Origin: Maribacter sp.
GTDB taxonomy: Bacteria; Bacteroidota; Bacteroidia; Flavobacteriales; Flavobacteriaceae
Assembly: GCA_024228355.1 (NCBI GenBank)
Contig: JAAETN010000394.1
Location: 15,081 to 79,080, forward strand
Length of the DNA stretch: 64,000 nucleotides
Reading direction: 5' to 3'
The translations under genes were made by a program, and so were the position numbers. The notes beneath the pieces were generated by a model. That model did not search any database. It saw only the letters and a list, made by a program, of their open reading frames with translations, and was not told the DNA's origin. Every line of letters starts with the position of its first letter. Within the stretch, counting starts at the first letter, position 1. Of this stretch, positions 10,781 to 18,713 are shown one piece after another.

Positions 10781-11755
10781 TCAACTGTTATATTTCAATT
10801 GAATATATACGGGAAAATGATCACTATATCCCCCTAAATATTTACGCCCCGCATAAGTTCGAAAAGGAGTTCCTTTGTACTTCCCTTTCCATTCAGTCAA
10901 TAATCTGTCATCAAAAATATTGGCATGGGCAAAACTGTGCGTGCCTTTCTCAAAATTGAAGAAGTTATGGGAGACTATTATCTGATCAAATAGGCTCCAG
11001 CTCCTCCTGTAATTGGCACTACCTCGTTCAGGAGATCCCAATTTTTCCATTGGATTATATAAGTTGCTATCCTTAACTAATAACTGAATACTATTCGAAT
11101 CGGGATTATCATTGAAATCGCCCATAATAATATAATTTGGGTTTACAAATTCGTCCTCAATCTGGGTCATTTTATGTTTAATGGTCTTTGCGGCCTCAAC
11201 CCTTTTATAATCCGTCTCAATATCTCCATCCCGTCGTGACGGCCAATGGTTTACAAAAACATGTACAATTTCGTTATTTAATTTGCCATGAACATATAAA
11301 ATATCGCGTGTTGTATCCCTTTCACCATCAAGATTATTAACCTTTAAAGGTATTGGCTCAGAATACAAGACCTCAAAATATTCTTTATGATACAACAAAC
11401 CAGTATCTATTCCTCTTTCATCAGGAGAGTCGTAATGCACATAAGCATATTTCGTCTTACGTAATGGTGCCGCGTTCACAAGATCTTGCACGACCGTTTC
11501 ATTCTCTATCTCAGCAATTCCAACTAAACACGGAGGACTTTCCGTAGATTCCAAACCTATTTTAGAAATAGTCTTGGCAAGTTTATATACTTTTCTCTTG
11601 TATCGTTTCGGTGTCCATTTTTTGAATCCCTTTGGTGTAAAATCATCATCCAAGGTATCCGGGTCATCAATCGTATCAAAAAGATTCTCAAGGTTGTAAA
11701 ATGCAATCGTATGGAGATTTTGTTTCTTTTTTTTCTTGAAAAGTGAAAATACCAT
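10781..11755 (-). CDS. Endonuclease/exonuclease/phosphatase family protein
   Basis: FYNLENLFD, DERGID, NHWPSR, MGDFND and GYSDHFPV motifs. Confidence 0.9.
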   Translation of the reverse strand: MVFSLFKKKKKQNLHTIAFYNLENLFDTIDDPDTLDDDFTPKGFKKWTPKRYKRKVYKLAKTISKIGLESTESPPCLVGIAEIENETVVQDLVNAAPLRKTKYAYVHYDSPDERGIDTGLLYHKEYFEVLYSEPIPLKVNNLDGERDTTRDILYVHGKLNNEIVHVFVNHWPSRRDGDIETDYKRVEAAKTIKHKMTQIEDEFVNPNYIIMGDFNDNPDSNSIQLLVKDSNLYNPMEKLGSPERGSANYRRSWSLFDQIIVSHNFFNFEKGTHSFAHANIFDDRLLTEWKGKYKGTPFRTYAGRKYLGGYSDHFPVYIQLKYNS

Positions 11756-11775
11756 GCATATTATTTAAGGGGGTT

Positions 11776-11815
11776 CAAATTTAAAAAAATGCTTGGTCAG
11801 TATTATGTAAATTTG
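11776..11815. promoter_or_regulatory. Divergent Bacteroidota sigma70 -7 boxes for the EEP nuclease gene and hflX
   Basis: TAAATTTG on the minus strand (11776-11783) and on the plus strand (11808-11815). Confidence 0.7.
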
Positions 11816-11831
11816 CACATTAATATGAACT

Positions 11832-13043
11832 ATGTTAGAAAAGAAATCCATAGAATACGAAAAAGCTGTCCTGATTGGTGTTATCAACAGGGCACAAAAT
11901 GAGGAAAAGGTAAATGAATATCTTGATGAATTGGAGTTTCTTACCTATACCGCTGGGGGCGAAGTCGCAAAGCGTTTTGTACAACGTGTGGAAATACCCA
12001 ATCCAAAGACGTTGATTGGAAGTGGAAAAATGAAGGAAGTAGAGGATTTTGTTGAGGAGAATGAAATAGGTTCGGTCATATTCGATGATGAACTATCCCC
12101 TGGTCAGCAACGAAATATTGAAAAACAATTACGTTGTAAAATTTTAGATCGTACGAGTTTGATCCTCGATATTTTTGCACAAAGGGCCAAAACCAGTTAT
12201 TCCAGAACCCAAGTAGAATTGGCGCAATACGAATACCTCCTACCAAGGCTAACCGGTCTTTGGACGCATTTGGAAAGACAAAAAGGGGGGATCGGAATGC
12301 GGGGTCCTGGGGAAACCGAAATTGAAACTGATCGACGTATTGTTCGTGACCGGATTTCATTGCTAAAGAAAAAACTTTCTAAGATCGACCGTCAAATGGA
12401 AACGCAACGCGGCAATAGGGGTGCCCTTGTGAGAGTGGCCTTAGTGGGTTACACCAACGTGGGGAAATCTACACTAATGAATGTAATTAGTAAGAGCAAT
12501 GTTTTCGCGGAAAATAAACTATTTGCAACTCTGGACACGACAGTTCGGAAGGTCGTTATAGGTAATCTTCCCTTTTTATTGAGTGATACCGTCGGATTCA
12601 TTCGAAAGCTCCCCACACAATTGGTCGAAAGTTTTAAAAGTACGTTGGATGAAGTTCGTGAAGCAGATTTGCTTTTGCATGTGGTCGATATTTCACATCC
12701 GAACTTTGAAGAACACATAGAATCCGTGAATAAAATATTGGCAGAAATAGACAGTGCCGACAAAAAGACCATCATGGTGTTCAATAAAATTGATCGATAC
12801 AAACACGAAACTATCGATGATGATGATCTGGTTACGGAGAGAACTACCAAGCATTTTACAATTGGCGATTGGAAAAGTACCTGGATGCAGCGAATGGGTG
12901 AGAATGCCTTGTTCATTTCAGCATTGAACAAGGAAAACCTGGATGAATTCCGTAAACAGGTCTACAATGTGGTCAGGGATATTCATGTAACGCGTTTTCC
13001 GTACAATAATTTTCTATATCCGGAGCATCTAGACCAATACTAA
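11832..13043 (+). CDS. hflX: Ribosome-splitting GTPase HflX
   Basis: ILDIFAQRA, GPGETEIETDRR, GYTNVGKST, DTVGFI and NKID motifs. Confidence 0.97.
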   Translation: MLEKKSIEYEKAVLIGVINRAQNEEKVNEYLDELEFLTYTAGGEVAKRFVQRVEIPNPKTLIGSGKMKEVEDFVEENEIGSVIFDDELSPGQQRNIEKQLRCKILDRTSLILDIFAQRAKTSYSRTQVELAQYEYLLPRLTGLWTHLERQKGGIGMRGPGETEIETDRRIVRDRISLLKKKLSKIDRQMETQRGNRGALVRVALVGYTNVGKSTLMNVISKSNVFAENKLFATLDTTVRKVVIGNLPFLLSDTVGFIRKLPTQLVESFKSTLDEVREADLLLHVVDISHPNFEEHIESVNKILAEIDSADKKTIMVFNKIDRYKHETIDDDDLVTERTTKHFTIGDWKSTWMQRMGENALFISALNKENLDEFRKQVYNVVRDIHVTRFPYNNFLYPEHLDQY

Positions 13044-13203
13044 TGTCGGGCAAAGTCAGCAAATAAGGTTATTGTGTTATAAGAGACTGATTGAAATTTA
13101 TATATTGCCCTTTATATTTCTTTTAGGCTTCTTTCAATAATAACCCCATATATCACCACACTAAATATAAAGATCCAACAATCACCCAATGCCGGTTTTC
13201 AAA

Positions 13204-13803
13204 TTAGTTGAAGAAATATCCAACGGAAATCTGTATTGCCGAAGTACGATTATTACCAACAAAAAATTCCTTAAAATCGCTGCTACTATAAATTTCGGAA
13301 AGACCCAGATTATATCGTACTGCAAAATTTAAGCCGCTCTCCAATTCGTAACCAATACCAAAATTGACGCCAATATCTGTTCCTGAAATATCTTCTTTAA
13401 CATCCAATGTCCCAGAATTTGAGTCAGACTCCCATACATCCTTGGCAGATAATAAAAATCCCACTTGCGGCCCAGCCTCAAGGCTTAACCCATCCGCAAC
13501 CATAAATTTAGCCATTAACGGAACATTTAAATAATCAAATTTATATTTACCTTCAAAATCACCTCTATCATATTTATACCCTTGGAGAGAATACAATAAT
13601 TCTGGTTGAAATGAAAGCTTGTCTGTTAATGAAATTTTTGCGACCCCTCCAAGATGGAAAGCTGTTCTTGCCTTTTGACCCGGGGCATCTCCAGAAACAT
13701 TGGTAATATTCACACCTGCTTTAGCTCCAAATTTTACTTCTTGGGCATTGTTTGCTGTCAATCCAAACAAGGCAATCGTTACAAATAATAATAACTTTTT
13801 CAT
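13204..13803 (-). CDS. Outer-membrane beta-barrel protein (porin family, OMP_b-brl_2-like), copy 1
   Basis: Signal peptide; FGAKAGVN, FQPELLYSLQG, YLNVPLM and GPQVGFLLSAK motifs; C-terminal YFFN. Confidence 0.88.
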   Translation of the reverse strand: MKKLLLFVTIALFGLTANNAQEVKFGAKAGVNITNVSGDAPGQKARTAFHLGGVAKISLTDKLSFQPELLYSLQGYKYDRGDFEGKYKFDYLNVPLMAKFMVADGLSLEAGPQVGFLLSAKDVWESDSNSGTLDVKEDISGTDIGVNFGIGYELESGLNFAVRYNLGLSEIYSSSDFKEFFVGNNRTSAIQISVGYFFN

Positions 13804-14075
13804 GATTAATAGGTTTTAATATTGATTAATAAAAACTAAATCTTCTTTTTCAAATAATAAACTTGGTTTTAAGAATTTGGCCAATGTTAACTTAAAGGGG
13901 AGCTTTTTATCATACGATCTTTATTATCGTCGGTATTGCAGATACAAAGTATCGGATTATCTGGTTTCCGTGACCTTAAACTTTATATTTTACTTATATC
14001 GGGGAATTGGATTTGCACAAGCCAATTCTGGGATTATTTCAATTGCTTTAGTGTAATTTGGTTTAATCAACAAGC

Positions 14076-14144
14076 CAAAACTATTGCAGTGTTAGTGAAA
14101 TAACTAACAGCTAGGTTCCAGATGTTGACAGGATAATTCCAGAT
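14076..14144 (-). promoter_or_regulatory. Promoter of beta-barrel gene 1: TAGTTTTG -7 box with upstream ATCTGGAA direct repeats
   Basis: Minus strand reads ATCTGGAAT (14144-14136), ATCTGGAAC (14123-14115, 21-bp period), then 31 nt, then TAGTTTTG (14083-14076); the same architecture precedes copy 2. Confidence 0.65.
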
Positions 14145-14303
14145 ACACATTTGTCTGTAGAAGTACTGCTAGTTAGTCAGAATGCTCCAAAATTCTGTTC
14201 TCAAACCTAAATTTCCCGGATTATTAAGTTAATATGACATGAGGTTTGTTTCTGTCATAAAATCCTTAAACTATTGGAAGTAATTGGTAAGGTGACAGGA
14301 AGC

Positions 14304-17240
14304 TTAATAAGAAGAAGGTGCCACACCGTACAACTCCTTGAAACATTTGGCAAAATAGGAAAGGTTGTTAAACCCAACTCTATACGCTATCTGTGTAACG
14401 TTATCTGCTTTTTGGGATAACAATTGAGCGGCCCTCTTTAACCTAAAATTACGTAGTAATTCCCCTGGAGCTTCATTTGTCAAGGCTTTCAGTTTTCGGT
14501 GTAACTGGGTTTTGCTCATGGCCAAGGTCTCTTGCATTTGTGTTACACCAAAATCAGAATCAGAAAATTCAGCTTCCAACAATGCCAATACCTGCTCCAA
14601 GAATTTTGTATCAGTTGAGGTAACCGTGATTTTCCTTGGGTTTACCAGAATTTCTTTATTGGTAAATAATTCTCTCAGTTTTTGCCTTTGTTCAATAAGA
14701 TTTTTGGTGCGTACCAAAAGCTCTTTGCCGTCAAAAGGTTTAGTAAGATAGTCATCAGCCCCGGTTTCAAGTCCTTCAATTTTGTTGTCAATTCCCGCTT
14801 TAGCTGTGAGCATAATTATGGGGACATGACTGGTATGCACATTCGTCTTTAGTTTTTTACAAAGCTCAATCCCATCCATTTTAGGCATCATTAAATCTGT
14901 AATGATAAGCTCCGGAGGGTTGGATATGGCCATTTGCAATCCAATTATACCATTAATGGCTTCCTTTATTTTGTAGAATTTTATGAGCTGCTCTTTGATA
15001 TAATGTCTCATGTCATCATTGTCTTCTATCAACAGAATACTGGCGAGAGTTCTTTTATCGGTTCCCTTAAGATCATAAGGTTTGGAAATGTCGACCTTTG
15101 GCTTGGAGGATGAAATCAACTTTTCAGTTTTTACCTGTCCGGTCTTTATTTCTTGTAAAGGTATTTGTGCCGTAAAGATTGAACCTTCATTTATTTCACT
15201 GGAAACGGTTATGGTACCGTCCATTAACTCAACCAATTCCTTGGAAATTGAAAGTCCGATTCCTGATCCTTCTTTTTCCTTTGTTGAACCACCATCTACT
15301 TGATAAAAACGATCAAAGACAAATGGAAGTTTTTCCTTTGGAATTCCTTTCCCTGAATCTGAAACCACTATTTTAAGATCATCACCGGTATATTGGGTTT
15401 CAATTGAAATAATAGAACCATTCTCACTAAACTTAAAAGCATTGCCAAGTAAATTGTACACTATTTTCTCAAATTTATCCCTATCAAAAGAGGCCCAAAG
15501 TTTAGTTTGTGGAATTTGCACTTTGTAATCTATATTCCGTTGAGCCGCATGTGAACTAAAAGAGGAGGTAGCCGCCCGTAGACATTTATAGATATCCCCT
15601 TCCGTGGGTTCTAGTTTTAAATTTCCCTCGTCAATCTTAGATAGGTCCAAAAGCTGATTTACCAATTGAAGTACTCGATTGGTATTACGTCTGATCATTC
15701 TTACATTGTCTTTACTCAAATTTTCGTCAAGATTTTGCTCCAATCTTTCGATCGGTCCTTTAATAAGTGCCAGCGGCGTTCTAAATTCGTGGGAAATATT
15801 AGCAAAAAAATTAGATTTTAATCTATCCAATTCCCTGAGTTTCTCATTGGTTCTTTGTTTAATCCTATATTGCTTATATAGTAATACTGCTAGGGTCAGC
15901 ATTACTAGCGAAAAAGCAATTATTGTGTTGCGTTCGTTTATTCGCTTGTTCAGCTGCAAAGTTTGTAGGTTTTTTTCAGATTCCAAAAGTGCAATCTCCT
16001 TGGTCTTTTGTTCGTTTTGAAACTTTGCCTCAATTTCATTAGCCAATTCTCTTTTCTCCACACTATGAAAACTGTCTCTTACTACTGAGTAGAGATTTTT
16101 ATAAATATAGGCCTGTTCATAATTACTTTCTTCTATATAGATATTTGACAATGATTCATAAACATCCAATTCCACAAGATTTAATTCAACATCTTTGGCT
16201 ACTTCCAAGGCATCAAACAAATATGCCAATGCATTATTAGTGTCCTTGAGTTTGTGGTAACTGTCCCCTATTGCTTTAAGCGAATACCCTATATTCACCG
16301 AATCCTTGATGTCCGATGAAGTAATTAATGCCGTTTGGTAAAAGCTTAATGCTTTGGAAAATTCCTTTTGTTCCCAATGTATACTCCCCATAGTGTACTG
16401 GGCGTATGCCAATCTTTTTCTGTTACCCAAACTTTGATAACTCTCTATGGCCTTTCGGTTATATTTAAGTGCCTCCTCAATATTTCCCTTATTTTTGTAA
16501 ACAACCGCAAGACTATACTCGACATATGCCTTGCCGGGCAAAAAATTGGTTTCCTTAAAAATACTATCACTCAAAATAAGATAGTCTATAGCACTCTCAT
16601 AATTTTCCAATCTTCTTTGCACCAATGCTATATTGCCCAGCGTAATACCATAATCCTTGATATTTCCGTTTTCAAGATGTTTCTTGGAAGCCTTGGTGTA
16701 AAGTTCCATCGCTTTTGTATACTCCCCAGTTTCAACATAGATATTGGCCATATTGTTGTAATAATGAACAATATCTTCTTGGTCATTTCGTATTTTGGCC
16801 AATTCAAAACTTTTTTTATGAAACTCCTTGGCCTTTTTAAAGTCTCCTTTTTTCCAATGTACATTTCCAAGACCGACCAAACCTTCAAAAATACCATCAT
16901 TGTACTGTACTTTTTTTGATAATCTTAAACCCGCCGAGTATTGGACAATAGCCGAATCATAATTAGAGCGTGAACTGAAGAAATCGCCATAAATGTTATA
17001 ACTTATTGCCTCAAAACGAACGTTTCCAATTTGTTTCGAAAGCAAAATGGCTTTAAGTACTGATTCTTTCCCCTTCCCAGGAAAATCATATTGGTATTCA
17101 GAATAAAGCTGATGAAGAATTTTAATTTTGATTGAATCTACAATAGCCTTCTTATATTCCAATTGAAGACTATCGATCTTCGCTTGCGAAAACGATAATG
17201 TATGAAGTAGCACTGCAAACGGGAAAAGTAACTTTCTCAT
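14304..17240 (-). CDS. Hybrid two-component system 1: TPR sensor, TM, HisKA/HATPase, REC and AraC HTH
   Basis: TPR-like helices, TM IIAFSLVMLTLAVLLY, H-box NISHEFRTPL, GSGIGL, REC IITDLMMPKMDG, AraC GFNNLSYFAKCFK; ATG at 17240 preferred because a TATATTG box sits at 17259-17265. Confidence 0.92.
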   Translation of the reverse strand: MRKLLFPFAVLLHTLSFSQAKIDSLQLEYKKAIVDSIKIKILHQLYSEYQYDFPGKGKESVLKAILLSKQIGNVRFEAISYNIYGDFFSSRSNYDSAIVQYSAGLRLSKKVQYNDGIFEGLVGLGNVHWKKGDFKKAKEFHKKSFELAKIRNDQEDIVHYYNNMANIYVETGEYTKAMELYTKASKKHLENGNIKDYGITLGNIALVQRRLENYESAIDYLILSDSIFKETNFLPGKAYVEYSLAVVYKNKGNIEEALKYNRKAIESYQSLGNRKRLAYAQYTMGSIHWEQKEFSKALSFYQTALITSSDIKDSVNIGYSLKAIGDSYHKLKDTNNALAYLFDALEVAKDVELNLVELDVYESLSNIYIEESNYEQAYIYKNLYSVVRDSFHSVEKRELANEIEAKFQNEQKTKEIALLESEKNLQTLQLNKRINERNTIIAFSLVMLTLAVLLYKQYRIKQRTNEKLRELDRLKSNFFANISHEFRTPLALIKGPIERLEQNLDENLSKDNVRMIRRNTNRVLQLVNQLLDLSKIDEGNLKLEPTEGDIYKCLRAATSSFSSHAAQRNIDYKVQIPQTKLWASFDRDKFEKIVYNLLGNAFKFSENGSIISIETQYTGDDLKIVVSDSGKGIPKEKLPFVFDRFYQVDGGSTKEKEGSGIGLSISKELVELMDGTITVSSEINEGSIFTAQIPLQEIKTGQVKTEKLISSSKPKVDISKPYDLKGTDKRTLASILLIEDNDDMRHYIKEQLIKFYKIKEAINGIIGLQMAISNPPELIITDLMMPKMDGIELCKKLKTNVHTSHVPIIMLTAKAGIDNKIEGLETGADDYLTKPFDGKELLVRTKNLIEQRQKLRELFTNKEILVNPRKITVTSTDTKFLEQVLALLEAEFSDSDFGVTQMQETLAMSKTQLHRKLKALTNEAPGELLRNFRLKRAAQLLSQKADNVTQIAYRVGFNNLSYFAKCFKELYGVAPSSY

Positions 17241-17434
17241 CCTTAAACATTCTTTGTACAATATACCTAATTCCCAGATATTTAAATGTAATGGATAATG
17301 ATAAACGCAAACTGATCTAAATGGCTAACAGAATAGTTCCAAATTGTAAAAAATATTATCTAAATGACAAACCTTAACAAATAATATTTACAAAATGATG
17401 TCGTTCACCGGAGAATTAATACCGTTAATTTTTT

Positions 17435-17504
17435 CACCACATATTACTTCTGGTTCACAACATATTTTAGGGTTCATTGCCCTAATGCAATATTTTTACA
17501 TTGT
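17435..17504 (+). promoter_or_regulatory. Promoter of putative sRNA 1: CACCACA-N14-CACAACA repeats plus TACATTG -7-like box
   Basis: Repeats at 17435 and 17456 (21-bp period) and TACATTGT at 17497; identical spacing in copy 2. Confidence 0.6.
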
Positions 17505-17528
17505 AATTAAGTGATAGTGTTGACCCCA

Positions 17529-17546
17529 TCCCGATAGTTATCGGGA
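17529..17546. repeat. 18-bp palindrome TCCCGATA-GT-TATCGGGA
   Basis: Perfect 8-bp arms; present in sRNA copy 1 and absent at the aligned position of copy 2. Confidence 0.75.
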
Positions 17547-17642
17547 AAAACATGAACTTAACCGAAAAAGAAATATGAGTTTCCCCAAAACCTATTCTTA
17601 ACCAAAAATCGCTAAAACCAAATTTTACAAACCTACTTAACT

Positions 17643-17674
17643 AAAAAAAGCCCTTTGAAAAAAGGGCCTTTTTT
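17643..17674. terminator. Bidirectional intrinsic terminator (sRNA 1 / beta-barrel gene 2)
   Basis: A7-GCCCTTT-GA-AAAAAGGGC-C-T6. Confidence 0.85.
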
Positions 17675-17684
17675 ATGGTTAATT

Positions 17685-18260
17685 TTAGTTAATGAAGTAT
17701 CCTACCGATATTTGAAATACCCCGTTTCTTATGGTATCTGAATCATTTGGAATATCATTGATATCGAATCCAAAATAATACCTCGCACCAATGTTGACCC
17801 CATTTCCTAATTTATATCCCAAACCTAGAACCAAGCCCAAATCGGTGGACTTCGTAATATCCTTTAAATCATCCGTTTGACCATCAACGTCAGCTTTGGC
17901 TGATAATAGAAGACCCACCTGAGGCCCAGCTTCTATACTTAGTTCATCAGTTGCATGGAATTTACCCAAAATGGGTATACTCAAATAATCCAACTTAACC
18001 ACCTCATCGTCATCAACATCAGACTTTGCCCCTTGTGCAGAATATAGCAATTCTGGCTGCACCGAAAAAGCATCCGAAATCGGGATTTCTGCCATGCCCC
18101 CTAGATGAAAGGAAGTTCTTGTTTTACCATTATTAAAATCTCCCCCAAGTGTTGCGAGATTAAGACCTGCTTTAGCACCGACTTTTATATCCTGTGCATT
18201 AATAATCATCAACCCAGTGATTGTAATAACAATCGATACAAATAATTTTTTCATAATCAT
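17685..18260 (-). CDS. Outer-membrane beta-barrel protein, copy 2
   Basis: Paralog of 13204-13803 (VGAKAGLN, VQPELLYSAQG, GPQVGLLLSAK, C-terminal YFIN); ATG at 18260 or 18254 preferred over the ORF-track start at 18311. Confidence 0.88.
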   Translation of the reverse strand: MIMKKLFVSIVITITGLMIINAQDIKVGAKAGLNLATLGGDFNNGKTRTSFHLGGMAEIPISDAFSVQPELLYSAQGAKSDVDDDEVVKLDYLSIPILGKFHATDELSIEAGPQVGLLLSAKADVDGQTDDLKDITKSTDLGLVLGLGYKLGNGVNIGARYYFGFDINDIPNDSDTIRNGVFQISVGYFIN

Positions 18261-18382
18261 AAATTTTAGTTGTTGCTCTTTTATATATGGCGGGGAACGT
18301 TTCTTAACCAAACACTACCGATCTTAATCAAACACCACCAAATAGAATATTTGTCTAAGGCGCTTATTACCGATCAACAAGT

Positions 18383-18430
18383 CAAAACTACGGTTATGAA
18401 CTCCCATGGGCTAGGAGTGTAGTCCCAGAT
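18383..18430 (-). promoter_or_regulatory. Promoter of beta-barrel gene 2: ATCTGGGAC-N31-TAGTTTTG
   Basis: Minus strand reads ATCTGGGAC (18430-18422), exactly 31 nt, then TAGTTTTG (18390-18383) followed by CTTGTTGAT as in copy 1. Confidence 0.65.
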
Positions 18431-18457
18431 TTTAGGAGAATAGTTACTTTGTTAATA

Positions 18458-18492
18458 TTAGAAGTCAGAAACAAGAAATCAGTGTCAAGAAC
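18458..18492. repeat. Degenerate 7-bp-period array
   Basis: ttagaag|tcagaaa|caagaaa|tcagtgt|caagaac. Confidence 0.5.
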
Positions 18493-18713
18493 ATAGTTTG
18501 TGCCCAATGAATGATAACAGGTAAGCATTGGATTATGAATGGAAAATAAAGGAAGCTGGGTGTTTTAAGGAGAAGGTATAAAAGTTCAATTTGGAAATTA
18601 ATCAATTTGAAAATTTGCAATTGATTTACTTAATCAATGCAGCTAAGAGCGATAGGTTGCCTGTTTGGGATTCTTCGGAAAGAGCTTGAAAGAAAAACTT
18701 TTGGGCTTGGTGC

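Larger units (their letters stand above)
17506..17674 (+). ncRNA. Putative small RNA, copy 1 (novel C/A-rich family)
   Basis: Lies between a conserved promoter and an intrinsic terminator; shares ATTAAGTG, ATGAACTTAACCGAAA and AATTTTACAAACCTACTTAA blocks with copies 2 and 3; no conserved ORF. Confidence 0.5.

Noticed and set aside
13154-13180. CACCACA...TCCAACA resembling a fourth sRNA promoter
   Set aside because: Spacing is 20 rather than 21 bp, and there is no -7 box, conserved body or terminator downstream
16368-16919. 183-aa plus-strand ORF antisense to HTCS 1 (and the many other 60-160 aa antisense ORFs in the track)
   Set aside because: Fully nested opposite well-supported genes, no recognisable motifs; typical shadow ORFs
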